A stretch of DNA of 64,000 bases, from sequence record LC494302.1; one strand, given 5' to 3'. Positions 34,763 through 45,965 of this stretch are shown one piece after another (within the stretch, counting starts at the first letter, position 1; each line of letters opens with the position of its first letter). Origin of the DNA: Escherichia phage SP27. The position numbers and the translations under genes are program-made. The notes under the pieces were generated by a model. The model was not told the origin of the DNA, did not search any database, and saw only the letters and a program-made list of their open reading frames with translations.

Positions 34763-34773
34763 CGGAGAATATA

Positions 34774-35250
34774 ATGATTCATGAACACCGAGGTAATCTG
34801 TTTGAATTATTCAGTACTGTAACAGATGATAAAACAGCAATACATATAATTGCTCATGGTTGTAACGCACAGGGTAAAATGGGTTCAGGTTTTGCAAAAG
34901 AGCTAAGAAATCGTTACCCAATGGCATATGATGATTATAAAGCATATGAAAAGGAAATGGGATTTCTTAGAATTGGACAAATTGCATATTCAGCAATTAA
35001 CGATAATTTGATTATTGCAAACTGTATTACCCAAAAAATGTACGGTAATGACGGTGCTAAATATGTCAGTTATGATGCAATCGACGATGTGTTCAAACAT
35101 CTAAATTATTTTTGTAAAGTTGATCGAGATGTTCATGTACACTTCCCGAAAATTGGAGCCGATTTGGGCGGCGGTAACTGGAACGTTATCAAAGAAATCA
35201 TTGATCACCGACTGGTCAATGCAGAAAAACACTTATACATTCTAAAATAA
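34774..35250 (+). CDS. macrodomain protein of the TARG1/OARD1/DarG type (ADP-ribose hydrolase family)
   Basis: GNLF...HIIAHGCNAQGKMGSGFAKELRNRYP and FPKIGADLGGGNWNVIKEII parallel the GDLF...AHC.S.D..MGAGIA and PRIGCGLDRLQW segments of TARG1-type macrodomains as recalled. Confidence 0.65.
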   Translation: MIHEHRGNLFELFSTVTDDKTAIHIIAHGCNAQGKMGSGFAKELRNRYPMAYDDYKAYEKEMGFLRIGQIAYSAINDNLIIANCITQKMYGNDGAKYVSYDAIDDVFKHLNYFCKVDRDVHVHFPKIGADLGGGNWNVIKEIIDHRLVNAEKHLYILK

Positions 35251-35269
35251 ACAAAAGGACTTGACAAAA

Positions 35270-35578
35270 ATGACTATGACCGTTAAACTACTAAACATCA
35301 ATAACATTGGCCCAGTACTAGCAGTTCTTCAAACCGATTCTGCTGAAGCTGTTGTAGTTAACTACCCAGCACAACTAGGGACTGACGAAAATGGTGAAAT
35401 CATTCTTCGTGATTATCTAGAGTTTGTTAGTATGGAGAAAAATGTTATTTTTTATAAATCCAACATTATTAGTGTTAGTGATGCAAACCCTGCATTAGTT
35501 GATGCTTATGTTGATGCTATTAAAGCAATCGAAAACACTCCAAAAGTTTTCGTTCCTGAGAATAAAATCATTCTATAA
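35270..35578 (+). CDS. hypothetical protein (about 102 aa)
   Basis: ATG 35270; ORF track gives a TTG at 35261. Confidence 0.4.
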   Translation: MTMTVKLLNINNIGPVLAVLQTDSAEAVVVNYPAQLGTDENGEIILRDYLEFVSMEKNVIFYKSNIISVSDANPALVDAYVDAIKAIENTPKVFVPENKIIL

Positions 35579-35590
35579 TAGAGGTATATA

Positions 35591-35968
35591 ATGGCTGCTA
35601 ATGACGTTAAAGTAAAAACTATCCAAGCTATCGTAGTACTGAAAGATTCTACACCATCCCCTAAAGAATTAGTAATGGCTGGGATGACTATGTTACATCA
35701 ATACAACCCTGAATCACCTAACTATGTTCAAGAATACGAAGCTAAGAAGTTTAAAGAACATTGGCAGTCATGGATTAAAGATAATGAAATGGAGCAGGTA
35801 GTTTATGCTGCTGATGACATTTTCGAACTGGAACAAATTGAATATCTAGCTGGTCAGCAATCAGTACCATTGAGCATTTTCGGTAATGGTGAAGAAGTTC
35901 TGGTATTGGGACCATTCACTGCTGATGATATCATTCACTTACTGAGTAATTGTAAGAAAATTGAATAA
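35591..35968 (+). CDS. hypothetical protein (125 aa)
   Basis: ORF with GAGG RBS. Confidence 0.45.
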   Translation: MAANDVKVKTIQAIVVLKDSTPSPKELVMAGMTMLHQYNPESPNYVQEYEAKKFKEHWQSWIKDNEMEQVVYAADDIFELEQIEYLAGQQSVPLSIFGNGEEVLVLGPFTADDIIHLLSNCKKIE

Positions 35969-36179
35969 AAATTCGAAACTATCAGGTTACCGTAACAACA
36001 CGTTGAAGTACAATGATATTAAGTACTGGGTTGATCCTTACTTAAATAAATCATTGTTAATGTACAGAGATAAATCACGAGATCTATATGGAATATATGT
36101 TACTCAGTTAATATATATAATAGATTCCGAACATTTTACTCCATTGGTATACCTGTACTGCTTGTATAATTCAAAATAA
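35961..36179 (+). CDS. hypothetical small protein (72 aa)
   Basis: ORF with weak signals; may be spurious. Confidence 0.25.
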   Translation: MNKNSKLSGYRNNTLKYNDIKYWVDPYLNKSLLMYRDKSRDLYGIYVTQLIYIIDSEHFTPLVYLYCLYNSK

Positions 36180-36184
36180 CTATT

Positions 36185-36230
36185 AGCACCTCTAAATAAT
36201 GTATATAAACATTAATGAGGTGCTTTTTTA
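36185..36230 (+). terminator. large-loop hairpin plus T-run
   Basis: agcacctc ... gaggtgct stem with a 24-nt AT-rich loop containing TATATAAAC, followed by TTTTTT. Confidence 0.35.
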
Positions 36231-37021
36231 TGTCTTACGATTATATGGGTGGAAACCCTGATGCTCCTAACTTTGACCATCGTGAAAAACTGAAAGATGT
36301 TATCACTCAAATGTTGGGTGCTGGGGCCGTTGAGGTAGAAATTACTGATGGTCAATTAGAAATTGCAATTGATAATGCGGTATCGAATTACAGAGCGTGG
36401 AGTTCTGCTTCTAAAGAAGAAGCATTTTTAAATATGAAATTTTATGATTCACAATCTGTATATATGCTACCAACTGAAGTTGAAATTGTTAAAAAGATTT
36501 ATCGTTATGGTAATGGTTACTTAAGTTCTGGTAGTGGGAACTCAGTAGATCCGTTTTCTCTAGCATTCACCAACACTTACTTATTGACTTCAGCACGAAA
36601 TGCAGGTGGATATGATCTAACTACATATGATTTTAGTTTTCAGTTCCAAGAACTGGTAGGTCGTATGTTTGGTCGTGATATTATATTTCAATTTAACCCA
36701 ATGACCAAAAAATTAATTATAGATCGTGATATTCGCGGTACTGAAGAAGTACTATTACACGTATATCATAATATTCCTGAACCATTGTTGTTTCAAAGAC
36801 AGCAAAGTTATCCTTGGCTACGTGATTGGGCATTGTCTGAAGCCATGATTATGTTGGGTCGTAACCGTGCCAAATTTGCTTCTCTTCCAGGTCCACAGGG
36901 AACGTTTTCTATGGATGGTGATACATTACGTAATGAAGGATTACAACTTCAGGAACAGCTTAAAGAGCGTTTGAAACGTTATCAAGATGGTGCTGAACCA
37001 CTAGGTATGATTATTGGATAA
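36230..37021 (+). CDS. hypothetical protein (263 aa), possibly virion/assembly-related
   Basis: ATG 36230 directly after the hairpin T-run (ORF track start 36215 lies inside the hairpin). Confidence 0.5.
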   Translation: MSYDYMGGNPDAPNFDHREKLKDVITQMLGAGAVEVEITDGQLEIAIDNAVSNYRAWSSASKEEAFLNMKFYDSQSVYMLPTEVEIVKKIYRYGNGYLSSGSGNSVDPFSLAFTNTYLLTSARNAGGYDLTTYDFSFQFQELVGRMFGRDIIFQFNPMTKKLIIDRDIRGTEEVLLHVYHNIPEPLLFQRQQSYPWLRDWALSEAMIMLGRNRAKFASLPGPQGTFSMDGDTLRNEGLQLQEQLKERLKRYQDGAEPLGMIIG

Positions 37022-37029
37022 ATTAAAAA

Positions 37030-37053
37030 AGACTCCTATATGGAGTCTTTTTC
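37030..37053 (+). terminator. rho-independent terminator
   Basis: agactcc-tatat-ggagtct hairpin followed by TTTTT. Confidence 0.5.
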
Positions 37054-37097
37054 ACATTATGTGATATAATGATAATATTAATCTTAAGGAACCTAAC

Positions 37098-37367
37098 ATG
37101 AATAACAACATAGATGCAATGTATAACAAATATAGTTGTGGTGCACCTACATTAGATTATGAGTCAACAGAAAAATTCTGGAAATTTTTAAAAGAATCAA
37201 TCGTTGATGTTTTCGGTAGAGAACGAATAAACGCGTGGGCGAGTATATGTCGTGATGATAATGGAGAAACATTCTACATCACTTATGTTACTATATATTA
37301 TGGGAGCGAGTTTATAGTTCAATTACTTGAATGTTTAGTAGGAAAGGATTTAGTGGTACTTATATAA
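37098..37367 (+). CDS. hypothetical protein (89 aa)
   Basis: ORF with AAGGAA RBS. Confidence 0.4.
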   Translation: MNNNIDAMYNKYSCGAPTLDYESTEKFWKFLKESIVDVFGRERINAWASICRDDNGETFYITYVTIYYGSEFIVQLLECLVGKDLVVLI

Positions 37368-37385
37368 TATACATGGAGAAGTATT

Positions 37386-38012
37386 ATGGAAAGACAAATA
37401 ATTGCAATTAACGGTACTATTGGAAGTGGTAAAGATACTTTTGGAGAAACTTTTATTAATAATGGTTACACCAGAATGTCATTTGCAACTAATCTTAAAG
37501 ATTCTGTTGCTGCTATTTTTGGATGGGATCGTGAAATGCTTGAAGGTTCAACTAAGGAAAGTCGTAAGATTCGTGAAGAACCGGACCAGTACTGGTGTGA
37601 TAAGTTAGGTCGTAATGATGTATCCCCTCGATGGGTATTGCAGAATTATGGTACTAATATTTTGCGTAAGTATTTTCATAATGATATTTGGGTATTCAGT
37701 TTAGAAAAATCAATGCAAGACATAGATGGAAATATCATCATCACTGATTGCCGTTTTCCAAATGAATTAAAAATGATTAGATCGAATAATGGGACTATTA
37801 TTGAAGTTCAACGTGTTCTACCACATTGGTATGGTTTGGCGGCCTCTTATAATAAAGGGGATATTAATATTAAACCAGTTGAACTAGAATCAGTACACGA
37901 ATCTGAGTGGGCTTGGATTGGCATAAACAATCCTGATATAATTGTACAGAATAACAGTACTATTGATGATTTACATAAAAAAGCAATGGACATTATTTAT
38001 TCTAATACATAA
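37386..38012 (+). CDS. deoxynucleoside monophosphate kinase (T4 gp1-like)
   Basis: P-loop IAINGTIGSGKDTFGE resembles the T4 dNMP kinase N-terminus (LSGVKRSGKDTTADF) as recalled. Confidence 0.6.
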   Translation: MERQIIAINGTIGSGKDTFGETFINNGYTRMSFATNLKDSVAAIFGWDREMLEGSTKESRKIREEPDQYWCDKLGRNDVSPRWVLQNYGTNILRKYFHNDIWVFSLEKSMQDIDGNIIITDCRFPNELKMIRSNNGTIIEVQRVLPHWYGLAASYNKGDINIKPVELESVHESEWAWIGINNPDIIVQNNSTIDDLHKKAMDIIYSNT

Positions 38013-38106
38013 ATTATAAACAATAAGGACTGGACAATTAAATCCTTCAATAAATAAGACTATACGAATATATTTCGAATAACCAATTATTTTTGGAGGA
38101 TTTAAT

Positions 38107-40770
38107 ATGGCAGGAGATCTACTCTCACCTGGCGTTTCCATTTCAGTAACTGATGAAAGTATGAGTACCGCTGCTGCTCCTGGCACTGTACCACTATTTG
38201 TAATCGCTACTGCTGAAGACAAACTTGTCCCAGGAAGCAGTGCAATTGCTGCGGGAACTACTAAAGCAAACGCTGGAAAACTACAGCTTCTAACATCACA
38301 AAAAAGCTCACTTGATACCTATGGTACACCAATTTTTCAAATGAATAACGGTTCTGTTGTTCAAGGTGATGAACTAAACGAATATGGCCTACATGCAGTA
38401 TATTCTTATCTAGGCATTACTAACCGTGCATATGTAATTCGTGCTGATATCGATCTAGCACAACTAGCACCAAGTGCTGAAGCACCAACTGGCCCAGTAT
38501 CCAATGGTACTTTGTGGTTTGATACCGCACAATCACAAGTAGAAGCGTATGTAGCGAAGAAAGATAGTCCAAGCAGTTTTTATGATTGGCAACTTAAGCC
38601 AGTAACTATTGTAAGTGCTGAAGAAGTTGAAGATGTAAGTCTAGTAGGTTTAAATGTTGATGATTTAGTTCTACGTTACAAACCAAGCAATGGTCAGATG
38701 CTAATGTATAAACGTTCTGCTTCTGGGCTAGTGCAAATGGAAACTTATCTATCACCAATTAACAAAGTTCCAGTTGGCTCAACTGTAGAAAAAGGTAACA
38801 TTTGGATTCGTGATGGTTACACCCAAAATGGTTCAAACTATTTTGGTACTCGTTTTGTTATTAAACGTTATGCATCCCTAACTCAAGTTTGGAATATTGT
38901 ACCAGCATATACTGGTAATTCATTCCAAGAAATTGAAGCGAAAAGTGGTGTACTAAACAATAGTTATATCGCATCTCGTTTTGATGAAGATAGTAAGAGT
39001 TTCTCTTTCTATATTCAAAGTGCAAAACTAACAACAATTAGTGCTCCTGCTTTGCCACTTGGTGAAACTATTATTGAACAAGCAGGTGCTGATAGTTATA
39101 TGACTTTTGTTTATTTGAATAAATCAGTTAAAGTACTAGCAGTTCCACAAGGCGGTGTTATTAATACCCAAACTATCATCAATAATCTAAATGCAAATGT
39201 TGAAATTATTAACGATGGTTTTAAATTTAAACGTGAAACTAATGGTGGTTTAGTTGTTTCCAATACAAAAGGTTACAGTTTCAAAATCACACAAAGTGGT
39301 GATGATATTTTTGCTGAATCTGAACTACAAAAACTAACAGTAGATAGTAACAACTACTCTCTAATTAACGTGAATAACTTCCGTGTTAGTTATTCAGTAC
39401 CACGTAGTGTAGCAAAAGAAGGAACTCTCTGGTATGATTTCGGGAACTCCGATAATCTAACTGTAACTATGTATGTTGCTGATGTTGCTAATGATGAATG
39501 GGATCTAGTACAAGAAGAAAACAAATATGTACAAGTTGATGAACCAGCGGCTGACCGTTTAATTTGGGTTTGTCCTTTATCCCAAGGCATTGATGGTTAT
39601 GATTTCTATCGTAACGTTGATGGTGAATGGGTTAAACTTGACAGTACTGATCAAAGTACACTAAATGGTATGATTTTCCAAGACTTTAATTTCCCAAGCC
39701 AAGTTCCTGCTGCGGCATTGTATCAAAATGGTATGCTTGCAGTTGACCTAGGTAACACTGAAGGTGTTGTTAAGAAAATGGTTAATGGTCAATGGGAAGT
39801 TGTTAGTGGTGTAAGTCTTGATGGTGCTGGCCTATTTGGTCGTGCTGCACAACGTCAACTAGTAGTTGAAGCACTAGCTGCTGTTATTATTGGTAATGAT
39901 GACATTCGTTCTGAATTTATTGATTTTAACCTAATTTGTGTACCTGGTTACGTTGAAACACTTGATGAATGTGTAACTTTAAACACTGATCGTAAAGAAA
40001 CTGCATTTATTGTTACTGACGTTCCAGCACGTTTGAATCCAACTGGAAACGGTAGTGCTGTACAACAATGGGCTACTAATGCTAACAATGCACCAAGCAA
40101 CGGTTCAGTTGGTCGTACAACTGCTTATGATTATGCTGCTCAGTATATGGGTTGGTGTCTAAGTACTAACGTTGATGGTGAAGAAGTTGCAGTTCCTGGT
40201 AGTACTATTGCAATGCGTACATATGCATACAGTGATAGTGTTAGTTATGTATGGTATCCACCTGCTGGTACAACTCGTGGTGTTGTAACAAACGCTGCAA
40301 GTACTGGTTTTATCAACAGCGAAGGTGAATATCAACCAGTAGTATACAACCAAGGTCAACGTGACGTTATGTATACTAACAACATTAACCCAATTGCAAT
40401 GCGTCCTAACCGTGGTTTGCTTGTTTATGGAGATAAAACTCTATCTGCTAATCAAACTTCTGCACTAAGTCGTGTTAACGTTGCTCGTTTAGTTGTTTAT
40501 ATTCGTCGTCAACTAGAAATTATTTCCGAACCATTCCTATTCCGTTTGAATACTCCAAGTACTCGTCAGGAATTTAGTGGTGTAGTTAATAGCTTCTTGG
40601 CTGAAATTGTTCAACAACAGGGTCTTTATAACTTCGCAGTGGTTTGTGATGAAAGTAACAACACCGCAGAGCGTATTGACCGTAATGAACTTTGGATGGA
40701 TATTGCAATTCAACCAACTAAGAGTATTAACTTCATTTACGTACCAATCCGTATCGAGAAAACTCAATAA
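38107..40770 (+). CDS. tail sheath protein (T4 gp18-like, 887 aa)
   Basis: N-terminal LLSPGVSI and C-terminal NPIAMRPNRGLLVYGDKTLS...LSRVNVARLVVYIRRQLE...RNELWMDIAIQPTKSINFIYV parallel T4 gp18 termini as recalled; codon usage shifts to the high-expression style. Confidence 0.85.
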   Translation: MAGDLLSPGVSISVTDESMSTAAAPGTVPLFVIATAEDKLVPGSSAIAAGTTKANAGKLQLLTSQKSSLDTYGTPIFQMNNGSVVQGDELNEYGLHAVYSYLGITNRAYVIRADIDLAQLAPSAEAPTGPVSNGTLWFDTAQSQVEAYVAKKDSPSSFYDWQLKPVTIVSAEEVEDVSLVGLNVDDLVLRYKPSNGQMLMYKRSASGLVQMETYLSPINKVPVGSTVEKGNIWIRDGYTQNGSNYFGTRFVIKRYASLTQVWNIVPAYTGNSFQEIEAKSGVLNNSYIASRFDEDSKSFSFYIQSAKLTTISAPALPLGETIIEQAGADSYMTFVYLNKSVKVLAVPQGGVINTQTIINNLNANVEIINDGFKFKRETNGGLVVSNTKGYSFKITQSGDDIFAESELQKLTVDSNNYSLINVNNFRVSYSVPRSVAKEGTLWYDFGNSDNLTVTMYVADVANDEWDLVQEENKYVQVDEPAADRLIWVCPLSQGIDGYDFYRNVDGEWVKLDSTDQSTLNGMIFQDFNFPSQVPAAALYQNGMLAVDLGNTEGVVKKMVNGQWEVVSGVSLDGAGLFGRAAQRQLVVEALAAVIIGNDDIRSEFIDFNLICVPGYVETLDECVTLNTDRKETAFIVTDVPARLNPTGNGSAVQQWATNANNAPSNGSVGRTTAYDYAAQYMGWCLSTNVDGEEVAVPGSTIAMRTYAYSDSVSYVWYPPAGTTRGVVTNAASTGFINSEGEYQPVVYNQGQRDVMYTNNINPIAMRPNRGLLVYGDKTLSANQTSALSRVNVARLVVYIRRQLEIISEPFLFRLNTPSTRQEFSGVVNSFLAEIVQQQGLYNFAVVCDESNNTAERIDRNELWMDIAIQPTKSINFIYVPIRIEKTQ

Positions 40771-40776
40771 AACACT

Positions 40777-40803
40777 AAGGGAACCTTTTGGTTCCCTTTT
40801 TTA
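40777..40803 (+). terminator. rho-independent terminator
   Basis: aagggaacc-tttt-ggttccctt hairpin followed by TTTTTATT. Confidence 0.55.
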
Positions 40804-40849
40804 TTGATTAAAATTAAATACCTTTATATTGATGTTATAAAGGAACATT

Positions 40850-40975
40850 ATGGATATGGAAGAAATACTAAAAAAAACAATACAAGATGTCAGTAAAATA
40901 GTTTTAACTCAGTTGGAATCAGTACACATACTAAATATATTTTTAAAAAATTTGGAAGATTGTCGGTATAATTGA
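40850..40975 (+). CDS. small ORF (41 aa)
   Basis: ATG 40850 with AAAGGA 5 nt upstream; found by eye. Confidence 0.2.
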   Translation: MDMEEILKKTIQDVSKIVLTQLESVHILNIFLKNLEDCRYN

Positions 40976-41165
40976 AAAATACGAAGTATACACAAATGGA
41001 AAATGGTCTATATCAGTAAACTATATTGACCACACTAAACGAAAAAGATACTTATATTGTGTTAATATTAATTGGTTCCCTGTTGATGACACTTTAGTTA
41101 ATTAAAAATATACTTCCAGATAGATAAATAATATAAAGATGTCATTCCATAATAGGAGAATATAA

Positions 41166-41852
41166 ATGGCTACAATGCTTGATCGATATGGCGTACCGCT
41201 CGCTGGCGGTGGTCGTATCTCTATGAAACAACCAAAAGCAAAATACAAATTTCGTGTTATTTTCTTTGGTTTTGGTACTAATGATGATGGTAATATGATT
41301 ACACTAGACACCAATACAGTTGGGGCAGTATCTGTATCACATGAAAATGTTACTGTTCATAGTTACAACAGTTCTGCACACTATAAAGGTAAGTACACTT
41401 GGGATACAATTGATGTTGCTTTCCGTGACTCAGTAGGTAATGCTTCTGCTAAAGCACTATACAACCAAATGCGTAAAGAATTCAACTACTACAGTCAAGA
41501 ATCTCGCATGACAGATTCACAATTTAAATTTGAAATGTGGATTCAAGAGCTTGATGGTTCTAATAGTGAAAATACAACAAACTTGTTTGAAGGAACATTG
41601 AGTACTTGGGTATGTCAAGGTTGCTTTATTGAATCCAGCAACTTTGGTGATTGGGATTATTCCTCAAGTGAAGCACAAGTTATTTCAATGACTGTTCAAC
41701 CAGATGGTTGTGCTAAATTGGGTCCAAATGGCGAAGCGTTCGGTGATGAAGTTAGTGGCTTCGGTAATCCATCAACTGCTACCTCTATTTCTGGTGCACA
41801 AACTAATATTAGTAGTACTACTCTACCAGATAGTAACTTCTACGAAAATTAA
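41166..41852 (+). CDS. tail tube-like protein, paralog 1
   Basis: Directly downstream of the sheath gene; KAKYKFRVIFF and YTWDTIDVAFRDSVGNASAKALYNQM loosely parallel T4 gp19 segments; paralogous to the next ORF. Confidence 0.45.
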   Translation: MATMLDRYGVPLAGGGRISMKQPKAKYKFRVIFFGFGTNDDGNMITLDTNTVGAVSVSHENVTVHSYNSSAHYKGKYTWDTIDVAFRDSVGNASAKALYNQMRKEFNYYSQESRMTDSQFKFEMWIQELDGSNSENTTNLFEGTLSTWVCQGCFIESSNFGDWDYSSSEAQVISMTVQPDGCAKLGPNGEAFGDEVSGFGNPSTATSISGAQTNISSTTLPDSNFYEN

Positions 41853-41873
41853 TTTTATTTAAACTTAATATAT

Positions 41874-41902
41874 AGCCTCGAATCTATTCGGGGCTTTTTT
41901 TA
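41874..41902 (+). terminator. rho-independent terminator
   Basis: agcctcgaatc-tattcggggct hairpin followed by TTTTTTT. Confidence 0.45.
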
Positions 41903-41946
41903 TGCTAAATAAAGTATAATGCCTTATAAAATAAAAAGAGGTTGCT

Positions 41947-42723
41947 ATGGCAAATAACATGATTAATAAATATGGCGTTCCTTTACCATCGGGGCGTAAT
42001 CGTTCAATGCTACAACCGAAAGCAAAATACAAGTTTCGTGTTATTGTGTATAATTTCGGTACTGATATAGATGAACGTGATCACATCGCATTAGATGTTG
42101 ATAAAATTGATAGACCTACTGTAACATTTAGTACTCATAAACTATATCAATTTACTACTAATACTTCCTATATAGGTAGTCATGATTGGGAACCAATTAC
42201 AATATCTATCCGTGATTCAGTTGGTAATGCATCAGCAAAAGCATTATCACGACAATTACAAAAACAACTTGACTTTCAACGTAGAATAACTTCCAGAAAT
42301 GACCAAGATTATGGTTCTTATAAATTTGGTTTGGTTATACAGATGTTGAGTGGACGTAACTCAGATGATACACTAGGAAATCTAGGAAGAGATACTCTAG
42401 TAGATGCTGCAACTGCTGCAACAAATAATTCTGGCTTAGTAAATGCAGTAGATCAATTTATTGGTGGTTCTTCATATAACAGTGCTGGTGTTATGGAATA
42501 CTTTGTTTTAACCGGATGTGTTATTCAAAACATATCATACGATTCATTAGATTATAGCTCAAGTTCTCCAGTTGAAATGGTAGTTACTATCAAACCAGAT
42601 AATTGTATACAATTTGATAATATTGAAGAAATGTATAGTACCAGAATTAATTCACTTTTACCTGAAAATGTCAATCAAGGTTTAGATATCATTGATCGTG
42701 TTTTTGGTAGTGTAGGATTTTAA
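41947..42723 (+). CDS. tail tube-like protein, paralog 2
   Basis: N-terminus NKYGVPLPSGRNRSMLQPKAKYKFRVIVYNFG is homologous to the ORF at 41166; shared WEPITISIRDSVGNASAKAL segment. Confidence 0.45.
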   Translation: MANNMINKYGVPLPSGRNRSMLQPKAKYKFRVIVYNFGTDIDERDHIALDVDKIDRPTVTFSTHKLYQFTTNTSYIGSHDWEPITISIRDSVGNASAKALSRQLQKQLDFQRRITSRNDQDYGSYKFGLVIQMLSGRNSDDTLGNLGRDTLVDAATAATNNSGLVNAVDQFIGGSSYNSAGVMEYFVLTGCVIQNISYDSLDYSSSSPVEMVVTIKPDNCIQFDNIEEMYSTRINSLLPENVNQGLDIIDRVFGSVGF

Positions 42724-42734
42724 GGAGATAATGA

Positions 42735-44842
<2,108 letters not shown>

Positions 44843-44869
44843 CTTAAACGACCTTATGGAGTTATTAAA

Positions 44870-45406
44870 ATGAATAGATTACAACAAATCCTAACTGAAA
44901 AGAAACCAGTTTATGAATACCGAGTTAAGTTTGCAGTTGAACCAACACCTGAGCAACTTAGTAAAGTAACACAGCGACTAATGGATCGCTATGATGCGTT
45001 TGAAATTGGAGCACTAAAGAAAACAATTTTTATGGAAAAACCATTAGATTTCTATGAATTAGATTGTGGTGAAATTTGGATGTTTGACTTTAAATGTCAT
45101 CGTGGCGTTCAATCAAATGTACTAATGTATGAAATTGGCAATTTACTAAGCATGACAGAAGCATTGATTCGTGTTCGTAGTAAAGATGAACCTCGTCAAA
45201 TTGAAATGACTGATTTGGAAGATGATATCGATTTTGATGATGTTGATGAACCAGTTATTGGAGTGGATTTTGGTAAACCAGAAGACAGTTATGACTTAGC
45301 TGGACAACAACGTGCAAACACTGCCGTTGATGATGCAATTGAAGCATCGAAAAAAGACAATAAATACTCTCAATATATGAGTGCTGGTTTTGGTAAAAAG
45401 GATTAA
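44870..45406 (+). CDS. hypothetical protein (178 aa)
   Basis: ORF with GGAG RBS. Confidence 0.45.
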   Translation: MNRLQQILTEKKPVYEYRVKFAVEPTPEQLSKVTQRLMDRYDAFEIGALKKTIFMEKPLDFYELDCGEIWMFDFKCHRGVQSNVLMYEIGNLLSMTEALIRVRSKDEPRQIEMTDLEDDIDFDDVDEPVIGVDFGKPEDSYDLAGQQRANTAVDDAIEASKKDNKYSQYMSAGFGKKD

Positions 45407-45409
45407 CAC

Positions 45410-45952
45410 ATGAGTATACTTAATGAAATGTTAGATTATGAAGACAATGAGTTAAATGAAGCTCGTCCTTATAGTCGTTCACAAAGTGCAGTTGATAGTG
45501 CAAAAGGAAAAGTAAAAGGCTTTTTTGGTAGTGGACAGATTGAACAAGGTGCACAAGAAGTTGGTGCTGAAGCCAACCGCTTATGGGCAGAGTTTAAACG
45601 TTATGTTGGACGTAAATATGGTAAAGCTCAACCATCAGTACCTTACGCTGATGTGGCACAGTTTTTTAAAGGTAACAATCTTGATATTAAACATTTAGGG
45701 AACAATCCTCGTCGTTCTTTTACACCAAAAGATGTAGGTACTGCTCTATTAAATGCTGCTCGTGATATAATGAATGACTACCGTGACCAACAAGGTGGCG
45801 AAGAAAGTTCAGAATCACAACCATCACAATCGACCTCAACTGAGCAACCAGCACAACAAGAACAACCAAAAGCACAAGGTTCCAGTATCCCTGATGCTCT
45901 ACAAAAATTAAGTCCAGAGCAACGCGACCAACTGTTACGTATGCTTTCTTAA
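45410..45952 (+). CDS. hypothetical protein (180 aa) with Gln/Ser-rich acidic tail
   Basis: ORF with a low-complexity C-terminus. Confidence 0.45.
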   Translation: MSILNEMLDYEDNELNEARPYSRSQSAVDSAKGKVKGFFGSGQIEQGAQEVGAEANRLWAEFKRYVGRKYGKAQPSVPYADVAQFFKGNNLDIKHLGNNPRRSFTPKDVGTALLNAARDIMNDYRDQQGGEESSESQPSQSTSTEQPAQQEQPKAQGSSIPDALQKLSPEQRDQLLRMLS

Positions 45953-45965
45953 GGAGAATCAACAC

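Noticed and set aside
41157-41164. TATAAATG as a T4 late promoter for the tube-like gene.
   Set aside because: It abuts the ATG at 41166 and overlaps the RBS, so it cannot serve as a promoter for this gene; also one mismatch from TATAAATA.
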